Below, in pieces: positions 48,471-57,491 of a stretch of DNA of 64,000 bases. Position 1 is the first letter of the stretch. Every line of letters begins with the position of its first letter. The notes beneath the pieces were generated by a model. The model saw only the letters and a list, made by a program, of their open reading frames with translations. It searched no databases and had not been told where the DNA came from. The stretch is taken from the NCBI GenBank assembly GCA_964411555.1, contig CAYPLF010000005.1:8013-72012 (forward strand), given 5' to 3'. The position numbers and the translations under genes were made by a program. The DNA is from an uncultured Bacteroidales bacterium. Its GTDB lineage: Bacteria > Bacteroidota > Bacteroidia > Bacteroidales > UBA1402.

Positions 48471-50918
48471 TTATTTTCCGGTGTTTATTTTTCCCTGATA
48501 ACGAATGATCTTTCCATCAGGACCAACACCTTCAATGGTAAGGGTGCAGGGCCCTTGTCCATCTCCCATGAAAAATCTGACAGTTGCATTTCCATTACTA
48601 TCACACACAACATTGGGTTTCCAATATAAGGTGCTTCGTACATCGGGAACGCCGCTTAACATGATTTCTGACTTGAAGTAGTTCGGTTCAGGAAAGGGTA
48701 ACGGCTTGCAAAAACCGAGCGGTTGGATTATAGCCTGGTTTGCTTCAGGCTCTTTCGAGTAGGCAAGCGTTTCCCCTCTTTTTAAATGAATGAAGATGAT
48801 GCCATTCGATCCATTATAACCATAGGAAGCCAAATCGGCAGGATCCTTGATGATGTCAATCAATTCCACATCAGATGGCATGAGTATGGACAATTCATTC
48901 ATATCACGTTTGATATTGTCCACCATGATCATGGGTGTCTTATTGTTCAACAACACGCTTCTTCCATCGGCACTGACTGTCATACCGGGAACGGTAATCA
49001 ATAGGTCGATAAGTGTATTTGCTGTCTCCAACTTGTCCTGTTTAATGGTTTGGGTTGGATTGAAATAGAGAACGCCTCTGTCTAATCGGTAACGCTTGAG
49101 CTTTTCTTGCTCCTGTCGCTGTGCGACAACTTCCACTTCTTTTAAATTGATGGTCCTGACACCGTTTTCCTGATAGTAACGTTCACGGCTTTTTTCCATG
49201 ATTTTTTTCACGTTGGTCGTTATCCCTGCATCGTAAGCAACAGGAATTGACAATCGGACCTCAGGAAAGGTGTCGTTATCAACCAGCAACCGTATAAAGT
49301 TGGTAGAAGCCATTTTGGCTTCCAGCATGATTTTAGTACTGTCCGGGAACTCAAAACCATCAAACAGAAAGCGGCCGTTTTTGTCGGTGGTTTTATTGTC
49401 AATGTGGTTGGAGTTTTGAACAAATAAGGAGACTTGACTGCCCGACAATCCTCTTTTGCTGGGGTAGCTCACCACCTGTCCTGAAATTGATGTTCCTCGC
49501 TCCAGAGGGAAGATGTCTCCTTTAAGCAGATTCCCTTTTATGGCAGATGCCACATTGTAACGTTCCCAGGAAGAGGTCAGCATCAATATATCCAAGTCTG
49601 ATGAAGCTTGCTTATTCTTTCCGTCTAAGTAATAAGCGGGTTGATGGATCATGTCAGAGACATCCGATTGCAGCAAGAGTCGGCTTTCAATGGTCTCATC
49701 GTATTCGTTGTAGATCACATCGTTATCGTCCGTGATGCTGATGGAAAAATTGCCTGTGATTGGTTTTCCCGTAGCATCGGCCAGGTGAATCGTCGCGCTG
49801 ACCCGTTCCCTTCTCCTATAGGATGGTTTGTCGGTGGTAACGGTTACCTGAACGCAATCTTGCTGTTGAATAAAAATCTGACGCTCACTCAATACATTAT
49901 ATCCCCGGTCAATCAACACAAACTGCAAAATGCCTGCCGGAATGCCTTTTTTTATTAATCCCAATTCCTTCTTATCAGCAGTAAAGTAATTCTGATACAA
50001 GGGTACCCCGCGTTGATGGACCAACATCAGTAGAGAGTCTTTCGGCATTGAACCGTCAGTTGTATTGAGACTAATTTGTATAGCCGACTGGTTTTGCACG
50101 ACGCCTAGGGAATAGGCATTGGTCAAAACGGATGGTATGGCCACTTTTTGCGAATTACCCTGTTCGTCCTGGTAGACTGCTTCATACCGTTGTCCTTCTT
50201 CCGGCACGAGATGAATCAATCCAAGTCCCCGGTTCGTGGTAAAAGAACCAACCTCGTTGTTGGATGCATCCACCAGTTTTCCGGATATGACCGCCGGTGT
50301 TCCGTCGGCGTGGGTAGATCTGATTCCTATTTTTTGAAGGTTGCCGGGTAAAAGGGATCCACCTTCAGGGAAGAAAGAAACTTGAAACGGGTTTGCCTTA
50401 CTCGATTCGATTGATTTAGAGTAGGTATCTTTCAGTGCTTTTTCCTGATCCTTCAAACTATTACCAATATATAGTTGTCTCCGGTAAAAAAAGGATTCGT
50501 CCGTATTGCGCAGATACTTGGTGTATGCTCTAATGGAATACCAACCTTCCTGCAAATCGGTCGACAGGGAGAATTGACCGTAGTACATGCGATCTATAGG
50601 TCTGATCTTGGTGCGTGTTATCACCGCGTTTTTGCTGTCGATCAACTCAACATAAATGTATCGGCTTAATTCATAGGGTAGCCCCAAAGCGGCATGAACC
50701 ACATGGGCCCTGAACCAGATACAGTCTCCGACTGCGTAATAAGGTTTATCAAGATGGAGGTAGATTTTTTCCTGTGGAAACGATGTGATTTGAGTTTTCA
50801 ATCGTGACACGACATTTCTGGCTACTTCTGCCATGGTGGGTTGTTCAGCCCCGTAAGCGGATAGGTTCAACAATGCCAGCAGTAAACAGGTGGCTGTAAG
50901 TTTAAGGTGCTTCAACAT
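48471..50918 (-). CDS. Macroglobulin-domain (MG2-like) protein carrying a TonB-dependent-receptor plug but no beta-barrel
   Basis: QEKIYLHLDKPYY.VGD.IWF, TDKPSY, carboxypeptidase-regulatory-like segment, plug motif VE.IDIIKD...YG..GSNGIIFI, terminal RSTLYWKP; start reassigned to ATG 50918. Confidence 0.75.
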   Translation of the reverse strand: MLKHLKLTATCLLLALLNLSAYGAEQPTMAEVARNVVSRLKTQITSFPQEKIYLHLDKPYYAVGDCIWFRAHVVHAALGLPYELSRYIYVELIDSKNAVITRTKIRPIDRMYYGQFSLSTDLQEGWYSIRAYTKYLRNTDESFFYRRQLYIGNSLKDQEKALKDTYSKSIESSKANPFQVSFFPEGGSLLPGNLQKIGIRSTHADGTPAVISGKLVDASNNEVGSFTTNRGLGLIHLVPEEGQRYEAVYQDEQGNSQKVAIPSVLTNAYSLGVVQNQSAIQISLNTTDGSMPKDSLLMLVHQRGVPLYQNYFTADKKELGLIKKGIPAGILQFVLIDRGYNVLSERQIFIQQQDCVQVTVTTDKPSYRRRERVSATIHLADATGKPITGNFSISITDDNDVIYNEYDETIESRLLLQSDVSDMIHQPAYYLDGKNKQASSDLDILMLTSSWERYNVASAIKGNLLKGDIFPLERGTSISGQVVSYPSKRGLSGSQVSLFVQNSNHIDNKTTDKNGRFLFDGFEFPDSTKIMLEAKMASTNFIRLLVDNDTFPEVRLSIPVAYDAGITTNVKKIMEKSRERYYQENGVRTINLKEVEVVAQRQEQEKLKRYRLDRGVLYFNPTQTIKQDKLETANTLIDLLITVPGMTVSADGRSVLLNNKTPMIMVDNIKRDMNELSILMPSDVELIDIIKDPADLASYGYNGSNGIIFIHLKRGETLAYSKEPEANQAIIQPLGFCKPLPFPEPNYFKSEIMLSGVPDVRSTLYWKPNVVCDSNGNATVRFFMGDGQGPCTLTIEGVGPDGKIIRYQGKINTGK

Positions 50919-50959
50919 GTGTCCTTCATTAATAAAGGCCAAAAGTACGCAAAAACAAT

Positions 50960-50990
50960 AAAAAAAAGGCACCCTTTAAAAAAGGATGCC
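50960..50990 (-). terminator. Intrinsic terminator after rplS
   Basis: Minus strand GGCATCCTTT-TTTA-AAGGGTGCC followed by a T-run. Confidence 0.75.
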
Positions 50991-51037
50991 ATTCTATGAG
51001 AGGTTGCAACCGTGCCAAGGCAAGGATGCCGTTTTGA

Positions 51038-51385
51038 TCAAGAGCGTTTTTCCTTGATACGGGCTTTTTTACCGGTGAGGTTACGCAAGTAGTACAGTTT
51101 TGCACGACGCACTTTACCAACCTTGTTCACGGTAATGCTTTCGATAAACGGAGACTCAATGGGAAAAATACGTTCCACACCAACATTTTCGGACATCTTG
51201 CGTACGGTGAAACGTTTCTTTTCGCCGTGACCACTGATTCGGATAACAACACCGCGGTATTGCTGAATACGTTCTTTGTTGCCTTCCTTGATGCGGTAAG
51301 CGATGGTTACGGTGTCGCCACTTTTAAAAGCGGGATGTTCTTTCCCTGTGGCGAAGGCCTGTTCGGCCACTTTCATTAAATCCAT
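51038..51385 (-). CDS. rplS: 50S ribosomal protein L19
   Basis: [33 protein letters not shown]. Confidence 0.99.
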   Translation of the reverse strand: MDLMKVAEQAFATGKEHPAFKSGDTVTIAYRIKEGNKERIQQYRGVVIRISGHGEKKRFTVRKMSENVGVERIFPIESPFIESITVNKVGKVRRAKLYYLRNLTGKKARIKEKRS

Positions 51386-51544
51386 GATTCAAAGGATTTT
51401 ACAGATTACTACTGGCGCAACATAACAGGCAACTCTGATTCCTGCCAGCGATTACGCAAAGCGGATGCAAAGGAAGGAAAAAAAAAGTGCATACACAAGC
51501 ACAACACGCTATTTTTTAGCTAAATTGGCCCGTAAAAAAGATCG

Positions 51545-52297
51545 ATGAAACTCCACCTCTTTATACTGGCTTTTCTGTTATCCACTTTGTGTACGGCACA
51601 AGAATCGGCCAAGGTTGTGTTGAAATCGGCCGCTCAATTGGAGCTGGACGCCCGGTATGATAATAAGCTGAATCCATCCATGCAACGGCAATTGGATAGA
51701 TTCAAGCGTCAAATGGAACAAACTGTCAACCGGAAAATAGGTACCGTACCCAAGCGGATGACGGCGGGACGTCCTGAAAGCTCACTGTCGAACTTCTTGG
51801 CCGATCAGCTACTGGAAAAGGCCAGAAAACTGACAACCGATTCTGTTGACTTGTGTGTGATCAATATGTCAGGAATACGGTCTACATTCAACAAAGGAGC
51901 TCTTACTGTCGATGATGTATATAAGGTACTCCCTTTTGAAGACAAAGTGGTTGTTTTGGCACTCTCAGGCAAGGAGTTGATGTCTTTGTTCCAATACATG
52001 GCCAAATCGGGAGGAGAAGGTCTTTCAGGTGCTACCCTCATCATTAAGAATAAAAAAGTTATTCAGGCAACTGTCAACAACACCCCCATCGATTTAAACG
52101 TGCACTATACAATTACCACATATGATTATCTGGCACAAGGAAACGGTGGCTTTACGGTGTTGCAACAGGCTACTAAAAAAGTTCCACTTAATCGGATAGC
52201 CAGGGATTGTATTATCGAACAAATTGAAGCATTGACAGCTGAAGGGAAGCCCATTCAGGCAAAACCGGATGGAAGAATAACCATGGAAAAAAACTAA
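51545..52297 (+). CDS. 5'-nucleotidase C-terminal domain protein
   Basis: ESSLSNFLAD, INMSGIRS, DVYKVLPFED, DYLAQGNGGF. Confidence 0.88.
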   Translation: MKLHLFILAFLLSTLCTAQESAKVVLKSAAQLELDARYDNKLNPSMQRQLDRFKRQMEQTVNRKIGTVPKRMTAGRPESSLSNFLADQLLEKARKLTTDSVDLCVINMSGIRSTFNKGALTVDDVYKVLPFEDKVVVLALSGKELMSLFQYMAKSGGEGLSGATLIIKNKKVIQATVNNTPIDLNVHYTITTYDYLAQGNGGFTVLQQATKKVPLNRIARDCIIEQIEALTAEGKPIQAKPDGRITMEKN

Positions 52298-52307
52298 TTA
52301 CAGGCAT

Positions 52308-53156
52308 ATGAAAAAGCTCTTGAATGCTCTTTTTGGTTGTTTGCTTCTTCTTGTTTTATTCAGCAAGGTGTTATCAGCAGAAGTGCCTGTTGTCATTTTG
52401 CACACCAACGATATTCACAGCCAACTCGAGCCATTTCCTTCCTCCGATACAAAAAACGGAAATAAAGGCGGGATTCTTCGTTGGGAGGCGTTGTGTAGGC
52501 AAGTGCGTGCAACCGAGCCAAACGTATTGGTTTTTTTCTCTGGAGATGTGGTCCAAGGGACCCCTTATTTCAATTTTTTCAAGGGGGAAGCGGAAATTGC
52601 CATGTTTAATTTTATTAAACTAACTGCGGCAACCTTGGGTAATCATGAATTTGACAATGGAGTGGATCAGCTGGCAACCATATTAAAAGGGGCTAAGTTT
52701 CCAATCATTTGTACAAACTATCAAGTGGCAGGTACACCCTTATCCGGCTTGGTCAAACCATGGATGGTGGTGCGATGCGGGTCATTGCAGGTAGGTGTGG
52801 TTGGCGCAAACCTTAACCTGGTAGGTCGGATTGACAAAAGCAAATTAAAGGGTGTTGAATACCTTGAACCCATAGAATTGGTTGAAAAGACCGCTTTATG
52901 GTTGCGGGAAACAAAGAAATGCGACATGGTGATCTGTTTGTCTCATTTAGGTTATGAAGCAAGAGGGAATGCGCCGGACGATTTGAAACTGGCAACCCAA
53001 ACACGCAGCATTGATGTGATTCTGGGTGGTCACTCGCATACATTACTAAAGGAGCCAAAAGTGCTGAAAAACCTTGATGGGGAGGATGTTGTTATCAATC
53101 AATGCGGAAAATCGGGCGTTTACGTAGGGCGTCTTGATTTGATGGTAGAGAAATAG
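52308..53156 (+). CDS. Metallophosphoesterase (5'-nucleotidase N-terminal domain)
   Basis: LHTNDIHS, GD..QGTP, LGNHEFD, SHLG, GGHSH. Confidence 0.9.
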   Translation: MKKLLNALFGCLLLLVLFSKVLSAEVPVVILHTNDIHSQLEPFPSSDTKNGNKGGILRWEALCRQVRATEPNVLVFFSGDVVQGTPYFNFFKGEAEIAMFNFIKLTAATLGNHEFDNGVDQLATILKGAKFPIICTNYQVAGTPLSGLVKPWMVVRCGSLQVGVVGANLNLVGRIDKSKLKGVEYLEPIELVEKTALWLRETKKCDMVICLSHLGYEARGNAPDDLKLATQTRSIDVILGGHSHTLLKEPKVLKNLDGEDVVINQCGKSGVYVGRLDLMVEK

Positions 53157-53164
53157 CCCCTGTA

Positions 53165-53881
53165 CTATTCGAATTGCAGTGAAAAAACGACCAATCGCGA
53201 CGTAATGCGTTCAAATGCTTTTGTGTAACGGAGAAAAGCTTCACTGTCCTGATCGGTTCTGTTGTGAACCAACACATCGTTCATACCCAAACACAGTTTC
53301 AATTCCGGAACAAGCCTGAAAAATGGCAGGTACAAATCACATCCGACACCAAATTCCAGATACGGATGAACGCTCGATAACAAGATGGGTTCGCGTTTGT
53401 CTCTTCCCATGTCAATACCAGCACTGATTCCTCCCATAATATAAGGTCTGTAGTTGTTTGTCCTGGCTCCCCTGTAGCGTACATTCAGTGGAATCATGAC
53501 ATAGTTGGATCGTATTTCAGACCGGACAATATCCAACGTAGGGTTGTCTGATGCCAATACAACGCTTTTACTTCCAAAGTGAATGGTGGGAGAGGTGCGA
53601 AGACTCAGAAAATCAGTCAACCTAAGGTCTCCCAACACTCCCACAGAGAATCCGGGCGCATACGAAGGGATGCTTCCATACCATTGATTGCCTTCTGCGT
53701 CGGGAACGCCGCTGTGTTCAAGAATCAAGTCTTGCGTATGTGTGCCAATGAGAAAACCAAAGTGATAGGGTTTCAGGTCTTCGTATTGGAGGTACTGAAC
53801 CCTTTTCTGCGCGTTAAGGGGTAAAGAAAGCACACTTATCAGGAAAACGACTATGATGGGTATGTTGTGGTAATGTCTCAT
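53165..53881 (-). CDS. porT: PorT/SprT type IX secretion outer membrane protein
   Basis: YHFGFLIGTHTQDL, PGFSVGVLGDL, NNYRPY..GG, GCDLYLPFF...PELK; recalled resemblance to Porphyromonas PorT. Confidence 0.8.
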   Translation of the reverse strand: MRHYHNIPIIVVFLISVLSLPLNAQKRVQYLQYEDLKPYHFGFLIGTHTQDLILEHSGVPDAEGNQWYGSIPSYAPGFSVGVLGDLRLTDFLSLRTSPTIHFGSKSVVLASDNPTLDIVRSEIRSNYVMIPLNVRYRGARTNNYRPYIMGGISAGIDMGRDKREPILLSSVHPYLEFGVGCDLYLPFFRLVPELKLCLGMNDVLVHNRTDQDSEAFLRYTKAFERITSRLVVFSLQFE

Positions 53882-53959
53882 GTTGTGCTACCGGATTGTC
53901 ATACAAACCTGCCCCGGGAATTATACAAACGAAATTCAATAGGATTTATTGCAGGATTG

Positions 53960-53990
53960 TTTGTAAGTCCTGCAATTTTACGTACATTTG
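53960..53990 (+). promoter_or_regulatory. Primary-sigma promoter of the ferredoxin gene
   Basis: TTTG(53960-63)-N19-TACATTTG(53983-90), full consensus. Confidence 0.7.
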
Positions 53991-54025
53991 CCTCGTCAAA
54001 AAACACTCATTTAAAAATTCTCATC

Positions 54026-54193
54026 ATGGCTCACGTAATTAGTGAAGATTGCATCGCCTGTGGTACATGTATTGACGAATGTCCGGTGGAAGCCATTTCC
54101 GAAGGTGATATCTATAAGATTGATCCGGAAATTTGCACCGATTGCGGTACCTGTGCCGATGTTTGTCCGGTTGAAGCTATTCATCCGGCATAA
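54026..54193 (+). CDS. 2[4Fe-4S] ferredoxin (55 aa)
   Basis: Two CxxCxxCxxxCP motifs; start reassigned to ATG 54026. Confidence 0.97.
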   Translation: MAHVISEDCIACGTCIDECPVEAISEGDIYKIDPEICTDCGTCADVCPVEAIHPA

Positions 54194-54217
54194 AGTCATT
54201 TTCCACATCATTTTAGG

Positions 54218-54245
54218 AGGCTGCCTGTTTTCAGGTAGCCTTTTT
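54218..54245 (+). terminator. Intrinsic terminator after ferredoxin
   Basis: AGGCTGCCTG-TTTT-CAGGTAGCCT followed by Ts. Confidence 0.8.
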
Positions 54246-54349
54246 GCATTGCATCAATAATAAAACAAAATTTTTTTATACATTTGAGAAATTTGACTTT
54301 CATACATCAAGTACCCTCCTAGGATGTGTTTTTTCATGAAACGGATACC

Positions 54350-56923
54350 ATGATTACACAGACTCTTTTTATCAGCCTGCTTCAGAATACGGCCATTCTG
54401 ATATCTGCCGTGTTGTTGTATGACTACCTGTGGGTGCAGGGAGAGGTCATGCGCAAGTGGTACGGCAAGTTTTTGGCCGGGATACTGGTGGCACTTATCG
54501 GGTATTTGTTGATGTTGACCCCATGGTTCATCCAGCCCGGACTCTTTTTTGATACCCGATCCATCTTGCTGGCTATTACCGGTTATATGATAGGCCCCAT
54601 ACCAACCCTCATTGCAATGGCGCTTTTATCAGCCTTGCGTTTCATCATGGGAGGTCCCGGACAATGGATGGGCGTCGCGGTGACACTATCTTCGGGTTTG
54701 ATTGGCATTCTATGGCGTTATCCAACATGGTTCAAGCGTCCATCTGTTCAATGGCTCTCCTTGTTTCTGTTGGGAATATCCGTCCATTTGGTCATGTTGT
54801 TGTCAACTTTATTGCTGCCTAAACCGATTATTTGGCCAACCATACGCTACATGGTTCTTCCCCTCATACTCCTATATCCATCAGGAACCATGTTGTTGGG
54901 GCTGATCATGCAACGCAGGGTGGAGAATTGGGGATACAGGAAAATGCTCATCGAATTGAAGGCACTGTATTCTTCATTGGTCAATCACATTCCGGCAGGT
55001 GTGTTTCGAAAAACACGAGATGGCCGTTTTGATTACGTGAACGAACTATTCTGCAATCTGAAAGGATTGACAGAGGATGAAATTGTTGGAAAGACCCCTC
55101 AGGAGTTGGCCGAATACGAAAAACAGAAAGAAAAAGATGGGGGGTATCATATGCCTCCCGTGCAGCGTACAATGGCCTCTTCCGGTACCGAACACCATAA
55201 ATGGATCATGCGTCACGGCATGCCCATTGTTGTGGAAGAGGCCTATCCCCATGAAAATGGACTGGTGGATTATTTTCAAGTGGTCAAGACGCCCATTATG
55301 GACGCTGATGGAAGTGTGATTGGTTCTCAGGGTATGCAGTTTGACATTACCCAGCACAAACGGACGGAAGAAGCCTTGTTGGCTGAACAGTATTTACTGA
55401 ACACGTTCATGGACAATACACCCGATGTCATTTATTTTAAAGACCGTGAAAGCCGGCTCATTCGGCATAATAAGGCATACGCGTTGTTACTTGGTACATC
55501 CGAAGAACATTCCTTGATAGGAATGACCGACTTTGACCTGTTTACGGCAGAACATGCCAAAAAGGCCTTTGACGATGAACAGGCCATCATGCGGACCGGC
55601 CGTCCCATGATCAACATTGAAGAAATGGAAACCTGGAAAGATGGCAGGCTGACATGGGTCATCACGTCAAAATTTCCCTTAAAGGATAAAAAAGGAGAAA
55701 TCATAGGTACGTTCGGTGTTTCAAAGGATATTACATCCATCAAGAAACTGGAGCAGGAATTGACCGGAGCCAAATTGAATGCTGAGGAAAGTGATCGGTT
55801 AAAAACGGCTTTCTTGCACAACATATCGCACGAAATACGTACACCGATGAATGCCATCATGGGCTTTACCGGTTTCCTGTCCGATCCTGCGATTGATGAA
55901 AGCCAGAAAATACATTTCATAGATGTCATTCAGCAAAGTAGCCATCAGCTGCTTTCCATCATTGATGACATCGTACGAATAGCCACCATAGAAGCCGGGC
56001 AGGAAACGTTGTCACAGAATGAGGTGAACCTGAACCACCTCATGCAATTCGAACTCGATCAGTTCAGTTCAAGAGCAAAAGAAAAAAACGTAAAGTTTGA
56101 ATGTTCCATAGGTTTGGATGACAATCGGTCTGTTATCAAGGCTGACGAAACCAAGTTGCAGCAAATACTGTCCAATTTGTTGGTCAACGCATTTAAGTTT
56201 ACCCAATCAGGCAGCATTCGCTTCGGCTATCAGCTAAAGCAAGGATCAATCGAATTCTTTGTCAAGGACACAGGTATTGGAATACCTGAATCCATGCAGG
56301 AAAGTATCTTCGATCGTTTCAGTCAGGTTGAGAGTTCGATCAGTCGCCAATATGGAGGTTCGGGTTTGGGCTTGTCCATTTGCAAGGCCTATGTGGAATT
56401 ACACGGTGGTAAAATCCGAGTGGATTCCACGCCTGAGAAGGGTTCTTCGTTTGTATTTACCATCCCTTACAAACCAATCTCATCTACCACTCCAAATCCG
56501 GAATCTACTGTAAGAGAAGAATCAACAGCGAATCAAGCAAACCAGGGAGACAACCTCGATTTCACCATTTTGGTGGCGGAAGATGAAGATCTGAATTTCA
56601 TGATGGTTCGCGAGATATTGAAACGGTTGAACGTAAAGGTATTGCGTGCTTCAAACGGACAGGAGGCTGTTGATTGCGCAAAAGAGAATCCGGTTGATCT
56701 GGTGTTGATGGATTTAAAAATGCCGGTGATGGATGGGTATGAGGCCACGCGTCTTATCAAGGAATTCAAACCAACGCTCACCATTATTGCTTTAACAGCC
56801 TACTCGCTGGAATCAGACAAGGAGAAGGCGTTGAGTAGTGGATGTTCTGATGTTATCGTTAAACCCATCAACCGGGAAAATTTTTACAAACGCCTTGAGG
56901 AGTATATTAGCAATCGGAAATAA
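54350..56923 (+). CDS. Hybrid sensor histidine kinase (5TM LytS/YhcK-type sensor, 2 PAS, HisKA, HATPase, REC)
   Basis: DTRSILL..TG...GP, two VKTP/TSKFPL...G.IIG..G PAS ends, FLHNISHEIRTPMNAI, NAFKFT, DTGIG, GGSGLGL, VLMDLKMP; start at ATG 54350. Confidence 0.93.
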   Translation: MITQTLFISLLQNTAILISAVLLYDYLWVQGEVMRKWYGKFLAGILVALIGYLLMLTPWFIQPGLFFDTRSILLAITGYMIGPIPTLIAMALLSALRFIMGGPGQWMGVAVTLSSGLIGILWRYPTWFKRPSVQWLSLFLLGISVHLVMLLSTLLLPKPIIWPTIRYMVLPLILLYPSGTMLLGLIMQRRVENWGYRKMLIELKALYSSLVNHIPAGVFRKTRDGRFDYVNELFCNLKGLTEDEIVGKTPQELAEYEKQKEKDGGYHMPPVQRTMASSGTEHHKWIMRHGMPIVVEEAYPHENGLVDYFQVVKTPIMDADGSVIGSQGMQFDITQHKRTEEALLAEQYLLNTFMDNTPDVIYFKDRESRLIRHNKAYALLLGTSEEHSLIGMTDFDLFTAEHAKKAFDDEQAIMRTGRPMINIEEMETWKDGRLTWVITSKFPLKDKKGEIIGTFGVSKDITSIKKLEQELTGAKLNAEESDRLKTAFLHNISHEIRTPMNAIMGFTGFLSDPAIDESQKIHFIDVIQQSSHQLLSIIDDIVRIATIEAGQETLSQNEVNLNHLMQFELDQFSSRAKEKNVKFECSIGLDDNRSVIKADETKLQQILSNLLVNAFKFTQSGSIRFGYQLKQGSIEFFVKDTGIGIPESMQESIFDRFSQVESSISRQYGGSGLGLSICKAYVELHGGKIRVDSTPEKGSSFVFTIPYKPISSTTPNPESTVREESTANQANQGDNLDFTILVAEDEDLNFMMVREILKRLNVKVLRASNGQEAVDCAKENPVDLVLMDLKMPVMDGYEATRLIKEFKPTLTIIALTAYSLESDKEKALSSGCSDVIVKPINRENFYKRLEEYISNRK

Positions 56924-56950
56924 GATGCCAATTGAAGGTATTATAAAATG

Positions 56951-56982
56951 GAAAGCCGGCGGTAACCACTCCACCGGCTTTC
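56951..56982. terminator. Hairpin between convergent genes (possible bidirectional terminator)
   Basis: GAAAGCCGG(56951-59)/CCGGCTTTC(56974-82). Confidence 0.65.
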
Positions 56983-57049
56983 ACTCTTAAAAACCAAAAA
57001 CCACCTAATTACGATAAACAAAAGAAAAATAATCCTGGTCGGACAGAGG

Positions 57050-57436
57050 TCATGAAGCATGAGCCTCATATCCATCGCCCAGGGCTATGTCATGTAAAGC
57101 AAAATTCAATACATTATAGGCGCTAAAACGAGTCAGGTAACCCGAAGCACCCAAGTGGAAAGCACGTTGGGCGCTTTTACCCTCAGGCTGCTCCGTAAAG
57201 ATGAGTACACGCGTCTGTTTTTTTGTACTTCTCGTCCGTTCCAGCACATCAAGCCCCTTTACTCCGTTGGCATCTTCTTCAAGGATGACCAAGTCATAAC
57301 TGCCTGATTCTATTTTTGTCAGGGCATCGTCCCCGTTGTTTATTTCATCAACCTGTGCTTCCATAGGTAAGGAAGAAAGTAAGTTCTTTACATTATCCCG
57401 GATAATGGAAAGTGTATCGGCGATTAAAATTTTCAT
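57050..57436 (-). CDS. Single-domain atypical (pseudo-)receiver protein
   Basis: CheY-like pattern ILIAD...YDLVIL...GLD.L...RVLIF...GASGYL with phosphoacceptor Asp replaced by Glu53 and Lys by Arg103. Confidence 0.8.
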   Translation of the reverse strand: MKILIADTLSIIRDNVKNLLSSLPMEAQVDEINNGDDALTKIESGSYDLVILEEDANGVKGLDVLERTRSTKKQTRVLIFTEQPEGKSAQRAFHLGASGYLTRFSAYNVLNFALHDIALGDGYEAHAS

Positions 57437-57491
57437 AGTTGTGTGGTTATAAGGTAAGTGTGGTTACGAATGTGGTTAGAGAACAGCGAAA

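Noticed and set aside
51545-53156. 5'-nucleotidase split into two genes in reverse domain order
   Set aside because: Common arrangement next to rplS in Bacteroidales; each half has its own signal peptide, so not a frameshift
55000-55350. His-rich insertion in the first PAS domain as a possible heme or metal site
   Set aside because: No recognisable heme-PAS signature; too speculative without a structure model
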